Source of the DNA: Eledone cirrhosa
Lineage: Eukaryota
DNA length: 64,000 nucleotides
Assembly: GCA_964016885.1 (NCBI GenBank)
Contig: OZ024756.1
Coordinates: 21,142,001 to 21,206,000, forward strand
Direction: 5' to 3'
In this document: positions 14,190 through 26,988 of the stretch, in pieces
Layout: every line of letters begins with the position of its first letter
How positions within the stretch are numbered: position 1 is the stretch's first letter
Position numbers and translations under genes: made by a program
The notes under the pieces: generated by a model
The model's input: the letters and a program-made list of their open reading frames with translations, nothing else
What the model was told of the DNA's origin: nothing
Databases searched by the model: none

Positions 14190-14370
14190 TGCCTTGCGGT
14201 GTTCAATTGGTTAGGTCCTTTCATGTTGTGTGTACATATGTCGCCGAGGTTTAATTTTACCTTTTATCCTTTTTTTCGTTGGGGGTCGACAAAATAAGTG
14301 CTATTCTGGGTTTAGGGCTTATTTCAACCATTATACATTTCTACAATAATTCTGGCCTGGTGCCCTTGTA
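14190..14370 (+). mobile_element. Decayed SINE family A copy
   Basis: 'gccgaggtttaattttaccttttatcct...gggggtcgacaaaataagtgc...tggcctggtgccc'. Confidence 0.65.
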
Positions 14371-14429
14371 AAAAAACACACACACAAAAGGAAAAAAAAA
14401 AAAAAAATCATCATAATTTATTTTTGGCG

Positions 14430-14790
14430 TAGAAAGGCAGTCAACTTTCCTATGTCTGGTGGCTATATGAAAAAAAAAATGAATGTCGTTTGCTGGACAG
14501 GATTGTAAAGCACTGATGACAGACACTTTCATCTTCAGAGAAGACTTCATTAATTTCTTCAAGTTCTACTTGAAGAAGAACCTAAATGTGCTGAAAGGTG
14601 GAGGAGTGTAGCGAGGGTGGCACAGGTGAATGGGTCTACACACCTGCATTTAATCCTGGATCTGAGAAGGTTCTAAATTGGTCTTGGGTGGCCGCCTGTC
14701 TATCGTTTTCCATGTCGTTTTTATTCAAAGCAATCAATTTCGCATGACTACTCACATTCATTTTTGCACTGTATGTATATTCTGGTTTTA
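14430..14790 (+). mobile_element. Decayed 3' end of an L1/Tx1-like LINE ORF2
   Basis: Frameshifted translation '..STFLCLVAI..' and '..ALMTDTFIFREDFINFFKFYLKKNL' resembles the C-terminus of Tx1-clade ORF2. Recognised from memory, not searched. Confidence 0.45.
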
Positions 14791-14814
14791 TAATTTTATA
14801 AATTTTTACCAATA

Positions 14815-15390
14815 GAGAGAGATTCGGTTTCTAACATAGACACAAGACTCTCTCATTGGAATTTAGACAATATCAACTAGGTAGATGAGTATAAATGTCT
14901 GCATGCAAGCGTGTGTGTGCAGGTATGGATGTTAATGTATGTATGGAGGTGTATATTTTGAGTTATATGTAGGCATGTGCATATGTTTTGTATCTGTATA
15001 TGTGTATATGCAGTTATTAGATGTAGAATTTTTGGAATGCTTTACATATTTTTACTGTCCGGTTAATGGGTTGCACTTGTAATTTCCTAACTAGTTGTGT
15101 CCTTTCTGTTCCTGTGAAGATCAGCTTCTTAAGATTTGTATTGAGGCAGTTTCTAACATATCCCAGTGCCCCAATAATCACAGGTATAAAATATGAAGGT
15201 ATAGTCAGGGTGGAGTATCTGCAGATTTCTCATTTGTTCTACATAGATATTCTCCGTTTCGCTAATCTTTAATATTATATTAGCATCTGCTGGGCAGCTA
15301 ACTTCCACAACTTTGCATGCCTTCTTTTCCTTGTCTCATACCATTATATCTGGTCTATTATGCTTCCATTTTAACTGGAACATACCAATC
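14815..15390 (-). mobile_element. 3' end of an R4/Dong-clade non-LTR retrotransposon (restriction-like endonuclease domain plus 3' UTR), pseudogenised
   Basis: Minus-strand translation KHNRPDIMV*DKEKKACKVVEVSCPADANIILKISETENIY...LQILHPDY / IPVIIGALGYV matches the RPD...E RLE motif and the IIGALG motif. It has one stop and a frameshift. Confidence 0.8.
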
Positions 15391-15427
15391 TGTTGGTAAC
15401 GGTCTAACCAGTTTCAAACTGAATCCA

Positions 15428-15475
<48 letters not shown>

Positions 15476-15477
<2 letters not shown>

Positions 15478-15605
15478 AACAAGCAAGACACTTTATTTCA
15501 CGTTGTACCATCTATCTGGAGTTGCGACCGATAGAAAGTATTAGCAATTGGAAAGACCAACGGAAACATTGTTTCCTCGGTCCGATTTGACGAAAGTCGA
15601 TCGAC
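15476..15605 (+). mobile_element. SINE family B, 5'-truncated
   Basis: Matches the 3' part of 44541-44745. Confidence 0.8.
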
Positions 15606-15681
15606 AAAATATAAATATAAAAAATGTATATCCATATATATATATATTCAAATTATATACATATATACGCGTATATATATA

Positions 15682-15907
15682 TGGTCAATCAGTGACAAAC
15701 ATTGATTGCCAAATAAATTGACTATGGAGATATAAAAGATACAGAAGCGAAAACCAACCCAACTCAAACAGTGAGTGCGTTCTGTCATTGGGGTCGATAA
15801 AATAAAGTACCAGTAATGTACTGGGTTATTGCTGGCCTTGTGCCAAAAGTAAAACAATTATTTCTGGCAATATTATAACAATATGACCCTCCCCAAGTAT
15901 AACAATA
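15682..15907 (+). mobile_element. Small unclassified (PLE-like) element, family X, with a SINE A fragment (about 15790-15860) inserted
   Basis: Homologous to 33590-33785 and 47032-47210, which lack the SINE at this site. Confidence 0.75.
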
Positions 15908-16334
15908 TCTCTCTCTATATATATATATTTATATATGAGAGAGAGAGGGGAAAGTATGATAGAGATTGAGAGGTGGAGAATGAGTGAAGCGGGAACGAGA
16001 TAGAGAAAATAAGAAAGAGAGAGAGAGAGATAGCGATGAAGAATAATAAATTAAAAAAAAAAAACGGTCGGTGCGTGGGTGGGTCGGGGTGTGTAGGTAG
16101 GGGGGGGGGGGGGGGGGCAATATATTGAATGAAAAAGAAAAGTAAATATAATGATGAATGGATTTAGGTGAAGTTGACATGAATAAAGAGATTAGAAAGG
16201 TAAGAATTTTGAGTTAGCTTAACAATAGTGGCTATGTTAAGGAAGACGGCTACATATAATAGATTAGAGAGACTGAATAGATAAGTGTTTCAGTGAAGAT
16301 ACCTAGTGATATCTACTAACGGTGACACCAAGGT

Positions 16335-18378
16335 CAGGTAGGAGAGGTAGGGTAGGTCTGTTGTGGGTAGATAGGAAGAGATGGATGTGGTGGTGGTGGT
16401 GGTGGTGGTGGGTATGAGGTAAGGTAGGTCTGTTGTGGGCAGATAGGAAGAGATGGATGTGGTGGTGGTGGTGGTGGTGGGCATGAGGTAAGGTAGGTGT
16501 GTTGTGGGCAGATAGGAAGAGATGGATGTGGTGGTGGTGGTGGTGGTGGTGGTGGTGGTGGGTATGAGGCAAGGTAGATGTGTTGTGGGCAGATAGGAAG
16601 AGATGGATGTGGTGGTGGTGGTGGTGGTGGTGGGCATGAGGTAAGGTAGGTGTGTTGTGGGCGGATAGGAAGAGATGGATGTGGTGGTGGTGGTGGTGGG
16701 TATGAGGTAAGGTAGATGTGTTGTGGGCAGATAGGAAGAGATGGATGTGGTGGTGGTGGTGGGTATGAGGTAAGGTAGATGTGTTGTGGGGAGATAGGAA
16801 GAGATGGATGTGGTGGTGGTGGTGGTGGTGGGTATGAGGTAAGGTAGATGTGTTGTGGGGAGATAGGAAGAGATGGATGTGGTGGTGGTGGTGGTGGGTA
16901 TGAGGTAAGGTAGGTCTGTTGTGGACAGATAGGAAGAGATGGATGTGGTGGTGGTGGTGGGTATGAGGTAAGGTAGATGTGTTGTGGGCAGATAGGAAGA
17001 GATGGATGTGGTGGTGGTGGTGGTGGTGGTGGGTATGAGGTAAGGTAGATGTGTTGTGGGCAGATAGGAAGAGATGGATGTGGTGGTGGTGGTGGTGGTG
17101 GGTATGAGGTAAGGTAGATGTGTTGTGGGCAGATAGGAAGAGATGGATGTGGTGGTGGTGGGCATGAGGTAAGGTAGGTGTGTTGTGGGCGGATAGGAAG
17201 AGATGGATGAGGTGGTGGTGGTGGTGGTGGTGGGTATGAGGTAAGGTAGATGTGTTGTGGGCAGATAGGAAGAGATGGATGTGGTGGTGGTGGTGGTGGT
17301 GGTGGGTATGAGGTAAGGTAGATGTGTTGTGGGCAGATAGGAAGTGATGGATGTGGTGGTGGTGGGTATGAGGTAAGGTAGATGTGGTGGTGGTGGTGGG
17401 TATAAGGTAAGGTAGGTCTGTTGTGGGCAGATAGGAAGAGATGGATGTGGTGGTGGTGGTGGGTATGAGGTAAGGTAGATGTGGTGATGGTGGTGGGTAT
17501 GAGGTAAGGTAGGTCTGTTGTGGGCAGATAGGAAGAGATGGATGTGGTGGTGGTGGTGGGTATGAGGTAAGGTAGATGTGTTGTGGGCAGATAGGAAGAG
17601 ATAGATGTGGTGGTGGTGGTGGGTATGAGGTAAGGTAGGTCTGTTGTGGGCAGATAGGAAGAGATGGATGTGGTGGTGGTGGGTATGAGGTAAGGTAGGT
17701 GTGTTGTGGGCAGATAGGAAGAGATGGATGTGGTGGTGGTGGTGGTGGTGGGTATGAGGTAGGGTAGGTCTGTTGTGGGCAGATAGGAAGAGATGGATGT
17801 GGTGGTGGTGGTGGTGGTGGTGGGTATGAGGTAAGGTAGATGTGTTGTGGGCAGATAGGAAGAGATGGATGTGGTGGTGGTGGTGGTGGTGGTGGGCATG
17901 AGGTAAGGTAGGTGTGTTGTGGGCGGATAGGAAGAGATGGATGTGGTGGTGGTGGTGGTGGGTATGAGGTAAGGTAGATGTGTTGTGGGCAGATAGGAAG
18001 AAATGGATGTGGTGGTGGTGGTGGGTATGAGGTAAGGTAGATGTGTTGTGGGGAGATAGGAAGAGATGGATGTGGTGGTGGTGGTGGTGGTGGGTATGAG
18101 GTAAGGTAGATGTGTTGTGGGGAGATAGGAAGAGATGGATGTGGTGGTGGTGGTGGTGGTGGGTATGAGGTAAGGTAGATGTGTTGTGGGCAGATAGGAA
18201 GAGATGGATGTGGTGGTGGTGGTGGGTATGAGGTAAGGTAGATGTGTTGTGGGCAGATAGGAAGAGATGGATGTGGTGGTGGTGGTGGTGGTGGTGGGTA
18301 TGAGGTAAGGTAGATGTGTTGTGGGCAGATAGGAAGAGATGGATGTGGTGGTGGTGGTGGTGGGTATGAGGTAAGGTG
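16335..18378. repeat. G-rich minisatellite, about 55-70 bp unit with variable (GGT)n, over 30 copies
   Basis: Unit ggtatgaggtaaggtagatgtgttgtgggcagataggaagagatggatgt(ggt)n. It explains the 876-aa and 697-aa pseudo-ORFs. Confidence 0.97.
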
Positions 18379-19094
18379 GCGCAGATGTGTGGGCACAGAT
18401 GTGGATATGTGTGTGTTTTGTGGGTGTGTGTGTATGGATGTATTGGACGTGAATATGTTTGTGTGTAGGCGTGGGCATTATGGATGTGTGGGCGCAGGTA
18501 CGGATGTATGCGTGCGTGTGTGTGTGTGTATGTGAAGGTATGATTGTATTAGGCGTGAATATGAGTGTGTAGGCGTGGGTATGGATGTGTGAGTGTATGG
18601 TATGTGTGGGCTTCTGCAAGTATAGAAGCCTGTGTGTGTGTGTAGAAATATGGGTGTGTGGGCATGGATATTGGTGTTTGTGTGTAGGTATGAATGTGTG
18701 TGTGTGTGGGGGGGGGAGTATGGGTATATAGGTGTTGGTATTTGTAGTGGGCGTGTGTATGTGGTTGTGGGCGTATGTATATGCATGTGGGCGTGTGTAT
18801 GGGTGTGTGGGCGTTGGGTTGGGCGTGTGGGCGTGTGTTTGTGTGTGTGGGCGTGTGTATGTATGTATGTGTGGGCGTGGGTCTGGGTGTGTGAGCGTAG
18901 GTTTGGGTGTGAGAGTGCAGATAGGGATATATAGAGGCGCCGGTATGGAAATGTAAACAGTCACGGAGGAGGCGCAGGTGTAAATGTGTGGATGCAGGTA
19001 TTGATATATGGGCTTAGCTACCGATATGTGGGCTTAGGTATGTGTGAAAGGGAGCAGGTATAGATATATTGACGCAGGTGTGAGTGTTTAGTTA

Positions 19095-19345
19095 AGACGT
19101 TCAATTCCACCGTTCACCACCTGTATCCGAATGTTTGTTACCTACTATACCCTCAGGGTATCCAGTTCGATTTCACCTTTCCTCACCTGTAGCGAGCGTT
19201 TGTTACCTATTATACCCTCAAAGTCTCCAGTTCGACCTCACCGTTCTCCAATTTTAGCGAGTGTTTATTACTTTCTATAGCCTCAAGGTGCCGAGATCGA
19301 TCTCACCTTTCTCCAGCTGTAGCGAGTGATTGTTACCTGCTGTAG
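19095..19345. repeat. Degenerate tandem repeat of about 65 bp (about 4 units)
   Basis: Recurrent 'gttcgat..cacc.tt...cacctgtagcgagtgtttgttacctactataccctca'. Confidence 0.75.
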
Positions 19346-20064
19346 CTTCGAGTTAGCCAATGTCTTCTGGGTTGAATTTGGTAAACGGAAACTGTGTAGA
19401 AATTCAATGTCAATTTTTCTATCGTATGTGGTACATGTAAACGTATTCTCTCTCTTTATGTAGGTATGCAGTAGCATTGCTAGTGTTTGGCGAGGCCGGC
19501 GGTCCGCCCCGGGCGACACTTGTATGGGGGCCGCGCTTTTAGTTCTGCTGTAGGATATAAGCGTTCTTTTAATGATGCAGGGGGGGGGGGGGAACTATAC
19601 TAGGCTTAAAATGCTCAAGAATCGCTGTATGTCAATATGACGTCTCTACAACTCCTTCAGGAGGAATGAGATAGGCAGAATCTGTTTGGAAGCCCGTTGG
19701 TGGATTGTATGTGCGATCCAAAAGGGCCGGCTTTGTCATTCATACATTGTGTCACGTTGAATCTCCCCGAGAATTACGTTAAAGACACACAAGTTCGTGG
19801 AATGCTCAGTCACTTGCCTCTTTAATTCCATGAGTAATCTGTCCCGTTAATCAAACAACTGAAACACCATCGGCGAACCGACGGAGTTTCATTCTATACC
19901 ACTTCGTGCCAGCATCCATGGAAGCTCTAAGAATATTCCAAATTAGCCCCAGTCGCAGTGAGGTATTTACTGAACCTGTTTAAGGCAAGGTGGAATGTAA
20001 TAAAAACTATGTAAAGAATTACTGCTAACTGTACGTATCCGTAACTACTTGTGGAATCGTAGGT

Positions 20065-20450
20065 GTACCGTCTTGATACACGGTGTTTACTGGGTATTTA
20101 AAATCTGGCGAGAGTTAATCCGCACTCCAGGTCTTCACCGCCTTGATACACGGCGTTTCTTGGGCATTTGAAACCTGGCGGAAGTCTATCCTCTCTCCGG
20201 GTCGGCAGCGTCTTCACACACAGCGTATCCTGGGTATTTCAAACCCAGCGGGAGTCCATCCTCTCTCTAGGTCCGCACCGTTTGGATACACGGCGTTTAT
20301 TGGGTATTTCAAACCTGTCAGAACTCTATCCTCTTTCCGTGTCGATAGTGCCTTGTTGCACGGCGTTTCTTGCTATCCTCTTTCCGTGTCGGCAGTGTCT
20401 TGTTGCACGGCGTTTCTTGGGGATTTTAAACCTAGCTCTCCGAGTCTGAA
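20065..20450. repeat. Degenerate tandem repeat of about 65-70 bp (about 6 units)
   Basis: Recurrent 'ttgatacacggcgttt.ttgggtattt.aaacctggc'. Confidence 0.8.
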
Positions 20451-20524
20451 GACATTCAATTTCTTCCCCGGGAGGAGGAGGAGAAGGAGTGATAAAGAGG
20501 GAGCGAGAAAGAGACATAGAAGGA

Positions 20525-20690
20525 GAATCAACCACAGTACTAGACTGGTACTTTTTTTATCATCGACTTCGAGAGGATGAAAGGCAATGGGTGACCAGGG
20601 CAAAATATGAATCCAGAGCGCAGACAGCCGGAACGAATAGCGCAAAGCTTTCTAGCCGACGCTCTAACGACTCAGCCAATTCGCCGCCTT
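20525..20690 (-). mobile_element. Older SINE family A copy
   Basis: 'ctggtactttttt..atcgacttcgagaggatgaaaggcaa...ccgacgctctaacgactcagccaattcgccgcc'. Confidence 0.75.
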
Positions 20691-21030
20691 TATTCCTAAC
20701 AACAGAAGTCTATAAAGTAGTGGCTACAGAAACTAACCTTGTTCTAGGGCCTTCAGCTGCCAGAGCTTAAACAATAATTCACCCCACTATGGTTGGGGAC
20801 ATGCCAAGCACTCATTCCACCCGCCTGGCTACTCGGCCACCAGTGCGTGAGGATTAAAGGCAAAACAAATAAGAATGGAAAGTTTTAAGGAGTTTAACAT
20901 CCAAACCTATTTCATGGTTATAGGAATGAATATCCTTATATATAAATAAATATTATATATATACACACACACATATATATATATATATATACATACATAT
21001 ATATAAATACATACATATGTATAAATACAT

Positions 21031-21147
<117 letters not shown>

Positions 21148-21564
21148 CACAGGTTTATATGTGTAGGTGTATGTATGTGTGTGTGTGTTTGTGTGTATAT
21201 ATGTATGCCTGTATGTATGTGTGTGCGTCTGTCAGTGTTATTTGACACCCGTGTATTTACCTTTAGCTTTCGTGAGCTTTAAATACGGGATCTGGGAGGT
21301 TTTATATACATTTCCAGACTATACATACACGCACATTCACACACATATATATATGTATATAATATATATACATGTGTGTGTGTATGTGTATGTGTGCGCA
21401 ATCTACACATATAAATATGTCACTCAGACATATAACATACACAACACGATATAATGTCGCAGACACAGTAATTATATATATATATATACATACATTAATA
21501 TAAGTATATGCGTGTGTGTATGTATATATGTATGTGTATATATATATATATATATACGCCTGTT

Positions 21565-21624
<60 letters not shown>

Positions 21625-21633
21625 CAAACAGGC

Positions 21634-21684
<51 letters not shown>

Positions 21685-21705
21685 CACATATACACACGCA
21701 TACAT

Positions 21706-21740
<35 letters not shown>

Positions 21741-21756
21741 CAAACACACACACACA

Positions 21757-21953
21757 CAAGGGTTGGCTGAAAAGTTCATAGGTTGACCAAGATACTTTCA
21801 TGGAATGACCAAATGAGATATATTTTTCACATAGTCCCTGAAAAGAACCAATGCAGTTATTAATACGAAAAGTTGAAGTTAATGCATGCAAGATTTCACA
21901 GCTCTAGCATCAGTCAGTGTTTATGACTTTTTCAACTTTTCAACCGAACCTCG
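21757..21953. mobile_element. mariner-type MITE (about 200 bp)
   Basis: TIR-like ends CAAGGGTTGGCTGAAAAGTT and AACTTTTCAACCGAACCTCG. Homologous to 31754-31958. Confidence 0.75.
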
Positions 21954-21978
21954 TGTATATATATATATATATATACAC

Positions 21979-22033
<55 letters not shown>

Positions 22034-22304
22034 GTGTGTGTGTGTGTGTGTGTGTCTGTGAGTGTGTGTGTGTTTCCACACACATTCCTTAAGGGAATAT
22101 CGTCGATTAGAGCCACCCCCTCCCCCAGTACTTATTTTGTTTCCAGTCTCGTACTTACTTCATCAATCACTTTTTGTCGAAATACGGAAACTCAACAGAC
22201 ACCGAACGTCCACACACACACACACACATCCTCACACCCCCACACATATATGCATACACACACACTTACATACGTCGCACACAAACATGCGCAAAATATG
22301 TATA

Positions 22305-22389
22305 TAATGGGTCGTCAAGTATGAAATTTGTAGAACTTTGTATATGAAACAAACAAAATTCTACAAATTTCATACTTGACGACTCAATA
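22305..22389. mobile_element. Palindromic mini-MITE of about 85 bp (MADE1-like architecture, mariner-type TIR)
   Basis: Perfect inverted repeat GTCGTCAAGTATGAAATTTGTAGAA / TTCTACAAATTTCATACTTGACGAC with a short spacer and TA at the ends. Confidence 0.65.
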
Positions 22390-22819
22390 GAAAGGGTTTT
22401 GCTATAACTTTCCCCCCTAGTAAATATCAACTACAAGGCACTTGTATATATAAATAACACGTAACATCCCCCCTCCCCAACATACAGACACGTGCTCACA
22501 CACACACACACATAAGGGTTCTGCATAGTTTTTGTCTACTAAATTTCAACCACGAGGCACTTGTATACGTAAAGATATGCACGTATACACATAACATTCC
22601 TTGACACCACACATACACTGACATACGCGCACACACACACATAGACATATACACACACATAGACATACATACATACACACGGGGGAATATATTTTATAGT
22701 TAAAGATATCGGCTAATTCTTTAGATTGATGAGCCGATATCGATTCTTATTGTGAACCTGTTGAATATAACAAACGGAAAGCCGCGCAGGTTACGTCTGT
22801 AAGTCTCATACTTCTCTTC

Positions 22820-23098
22820 TTGTACCATCATTGTATCAGTGTTTGACGAACCGTGACGTTCCATGCTATTCGATCTAGGGCGAGATCCCATACTTTTCTG
22901 TGGCTTTGATGTTGAAATTGTCAAAAAAGGACCTCCTTTGACGACCTCTGGCACGCTTCCCAGGAGCTTTTCCGCTAATTCCCGCTAATGCAAGGGTCTT
23001 CCAACATGACTTTCCTGATGGCATGTTCTAGGAACATTAGTTGTCTCTTTTTAATAGTGAGCACTCTCTTCAGAACCTCTTCATTATCAATTCGATCG
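22820..23098 (-). mobile_element. RTE-clade LINE 3' fragment
   Basis: Translation DRIDNEEVLKRVLTIKKRQLMFLEHAIRKVMLE..ISG / GKRARGRQRRSFFD is a typical RTE ORF C-terminus. Confidence 0.8.
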
Positions 23099-23099
23099 A

Positions 23100-23320
23100 G
23101 GGCGCTGGACTGGTAGTATCCGTATAGGGTCGGACGCCATGCTTTGCAGCATAGAGTTACGGCCCTTTATGATCTGAGTTCAAATCCCGCCAAGGTTAAC
23201 TTTGCCCTTCATTCTTATGAGGTCGATAAAATAAAGTACTAGTTACGCACTGGGGTCTATTTAATCGACTTTTCCCTCCCCAAAATTACTGGCCTTGTGC
23301 CTATATAAGAAATCATTATT
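23100..23320 (+). mobile_element. SINE family A, full length (long variant)
   Basis: A-box-like TGGTAGTATCCG, B box GAGTTCAAATCC, conserved core, tail ggccttgtgcctatataagaaatcattatt. Confidence 0.88.
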
Positions 23321-23855
23321 TATTCAGTCGACGTAAGACATCGCGAGTATTCTCACTAAAGTCGCCAAATCTCTCATTCAGAGTCATCGATTTTGAAGAA
23401 CATTTCAAGGCCTCTGTACGTCTTCCAGGAATTTGAAGACATTTCGAGATCATTATAGATTTTCCCCAGACCTTTCCAGGCCCTGTCAGTCTCCTGGCAG
23501 ATTCTGATAGATCTTTGTAATGCCGTCTCAGGCATTTAGGCTTATCAAGGACCTTATATGCCTACTTAGAACGATGTAATCTTTTTGGGAGATGTTCTGA
23601 TTAATTTAATACATGATAGTAAAACTCCAGAACGTTTACAAGAGGAAGGAGGAAGGGGAGGAAGAGTCTATGAGGATGAGGAAGGGGAGGATGAGGAAGA
23701 AGAATAAGAACATATTGAAATGGAAGGTCCACATATCATTGATAACGATGTCAAGTGTGGTGAATCTAATGCGATTATTGGCACAGGGTTGGTTTTATAT
23801 AGTGACCCAATTAATAGAAAGTCAGCTAGAATACCTTACGGTCGTCGTTCCGGTA

Positions 23856-23899
<44 letters not shown>

Positions 23900-24198
23900 A
23901 TATGTATATATATATATATGTATATATATATATGTATATATATATATGTATATGTATATATGTATATATATATCAACTAGAAATTGATTGACATATATAT
24001 ATATAATAAACATATGAAACAATCACAGGGAATAATTTGTAAAAGTGTGTAAGCAGACATAGCTAGGTAGGTAACTAATTAAAGTTTAACTAGAACCTTA
24101 AAAATAGATGCCTTATAAATTGATTAATCTTCCTTGGTATCTATTTTTCACACACACACACACATATATACATACTAATACACACACACACATATATA

Positions 24199-24467
24199 CA
24201 GGGGTTGGACAAAATAATTGTTTATACTTTTGGCACAAGGCCAGCAATTAACCAGTGTATTACTGGTACTTTATTTTATCGACCCGTAAGGATGAAAGGC
24301 AAAGTTAACCTCACAAAATAATGGTAACACCTAGCATCATAGCATCATAATTTTGAAATATCTATAAAACCGTCAAAAGCTTGTTTATTTTTATGTTTTT
24401 TGATTTATTATTAGTGTTGCTTAATATGTTTTGTTAAAATTGCTGTTTCTTTTCAGATATTATCAGA
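24199..24467 (+). mobile_element. Tc1-like DNA transposon left end interrupted by a truncated SINE A (24219-24312, minus strand)
   Basis: TA|CAGGGGTTGGACAAAATAAT...GGTAACACC Tc1-type TIR. The SINE is flanked by a 10-bp duplication ACAAAATAAT (24209-24218 and 24313-24322). Confidence 0.75.
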
Positions 24468-24642
24468 GTATATATGAGTGTGTGCATATATATATATATA
24501 TAGGGTCATGTTGCCAATAAGAAACAGACGCACCAGTTGCTTTAACTTCAATTTATTATAAATTAAATTTATAAATTTCCGGTTGGTTGGTTGGTTCCAC
24601 ACGTTTTCAGATAAAGAATCTTGCTCAACAAATTCAGAAACG

Positions 24643-24693
<51 letters not shown>

Positions 24694-24802
24694 TAAAAAG
24701 GAAAAGAAAAGGGTGACAAATTTTTCCCAGTGGAAAATAGTTTAATTAGGAATAAGTATAAATTAGTAACAAGTATTAGTTAGTATTCAGTTTTAGTTTT
24801 AA

Positions 24803-24840
24803 GCTTTTACCGGTTGCGCATTTCTAATGCTTTTCAAAAA
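24803..24840 (-). ncRNA. Decayed minimal HHR
   Basis: Minus strand: TTGAAAA-GCATT-AGA-AATGC-GCAA-CCGG-TA. Helix II is perfect and helix III is palindromic (ACCGGT); the core is mutated. Confidence 0.45.
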
Positions 24841-25092
24841 TAATTTTGAGATAGAGTGCTCGTGATTTTTGCTCTAATCTGATCAGTTTTGGAAATTCTT
24901 CCTGTTTTATGTGAAAAAGTGGCTGGTTGTTGAATGTCACGTGAATAAGCACTATAAATTTCGCGCCAATTCGTGTTGCAAAAATTCTTGAAGTGTATAT
25001 ATATATATATAGAGAGAGAGAGTGAGCGTATATATATATATATAAAATGTGTGTGTCTATGTTTAATACAGAGATATACGCAACATTCTAAG

Positions 25093-25156
25093 CAAACCAT
25101 GTATCCGCCAACGCAGGATTTCGGGTCTCCTCTCCCGGAATCTCATCAGTAATTTG
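25093..25156 (-). ncRNA. Type I HHR, near-intact
   Basis: Minus strand: CAAATTA-CTGATGA-GATTCC GGGAGA GGAGACCC-GAAA-TCC TGCGTTGGC GGA-TA-ca-TGGTTTG. The core is intact and helix III is stable; helix I is offset by 2 nt. Confidence 0.7.
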
Positions 25157-25571
25157 GGAACGAAATATGAAACATGAAACAATTTCTTGCATAGACTAAA
25201 GTCAATATGAAATAGTTTAAAGTCTCTCCCTCTCTCACCTCTCTCTCTCTCTTTCTCTCTCTCACTTTATATATGTGTATATATATATATATATATATAA
25301 ACCTACATATATATTTACATACATACACATATATCTATCTATACATACTCATACATACACACACACATATATAAACACACACATATATACATACATACTC
25401 ATACACACGCACACACATGCATACACACACACACGCACTCACATACACTCACATACACGTACATATGTATATATATATATATAAATACTGAGAGAATGAG
25501 AGGGGGGAAAAGATTGTTAAAGAGAAATACTTCCCGGCAAAATACATTAACATACATAATATATATTGCAG

Positions 25572-25602
<31 letters not shown>

Positions 25603-25789
25603 ACATACACACATACACACACACACACATACACACACACGCGCACACACACACACACACACACAGACATACACACACACAGACATCCACACACACAGAC
25701 ATCCACAAACATCCACAGACACACACAGATACATATATATATACAAATACACATATGCGTGTATGGAATTGCGTGCGGCCTTGAGTATT

Positions 25790-26390
25790 TGTGTATATGT
25801 AAGTATATCTATATATGTAAGTATATGTATATATGTAAGTATATGTATATATGTAAGTATATGTATATATGTAAGTATATGTATATATGTAAGTATATGT
25901 ATATATGTAAGTATATCTATATATGTAAGTATATGTATATATGTAAGTATATCTATATATGTAAGTATATCTATATATGTAAGTATATCTATATATGTAA
26001 GTATATGTATATATGTAAGTATATCTATATATGTAAGTATATGTATATATGTAAGTATATCTATATATGTAAGTATATCTATATATGTAAGTATATGTAT
26101 ATATGTAAGTATATGTATATATGTAAGTATATGTATATATGTAAGTATTTGTATATATGTAAGTATTTGTATATATGTAAGTATATCTATATATGTATGT
26201 ATATGTATATATGTAAGTATATGTATATATGTAAGTATATGTATATATGTAAGTATATGTATATATGTAAGTATATCTATATATGTAAGTATATGTATAT
26301 ATGTAAGAATATCTATATATGTAAGTATATCTATATATGTAAGTATATGTATATATGTAAGTATATCTATATATGTAAGTATATGTATGC
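25790..26390. repeat. 18-bp minisatellite
   Basis: Unit atatatgtaagtatat(g/c)t, about 33 copies. Confidence 0.95.
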
Positions 26391-26755
26391 ATGTATGTCT
26401 GTATCTGTCTCTATTTTATCTTAGGATGTGTGTTAGTGAGAACTCCTATGACAAGTCACAGCCAATTTAACGGTTATGTGTTATCAGGATACACCATAAA
26501 TATTTATAAGTATAAGCTATAACGTACTTTCATAATTTTATTGTATACAACTTAGCTTTGGTATTTTCATACTTGTCAGCTTTTCCATATCTCTCTCTCT
26601 CTCATACACATACACATACATACAAGTACACACACACATACACACATATATATATATATGTGTGTGTATGTGTGAATGTATGTATAGATGTGTGAATGTA
26701 TGAATTTATGTATGGGTGAACCTACAGAGTAACTTCCCGTTACACTCCCTATACG

Positions 26756-26789
<34 letters not shown>

Positions 26790-26940
26790 CTGTTGGCTTC
26801 TTGCTACAATAATTTCTATACTTTTCATTTATATATATATATATGTTTATACTTACATACAAACATATATACACACACCTAATTACACGCACGCGCACGC
26901 ACACACACATATATATGTGCATGTGTGAATGGAATGTATG

Positions 26941-26986
<46 letters not shown>

Positions 26987-26988
<2 letters not shown>

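Noticed and set aside
13649-14224. Poly-K/R/E ORF (also 51611-52586)
   Set aside because: It is the translation of a (CTT)n microsatellite.
14513-14540. CTGATGA as an HHR core
   Set aside because: It lies in a LINE coding remnant and has no downstream GAAA or helices.
16290-18964. 876-aa and 697-aa mucin- or extensin-like ORFs
   Set aside because: All three minus frames are open with frame swapping between units, as expected for a minisatellite. There is no signal peptide or splice evidence.
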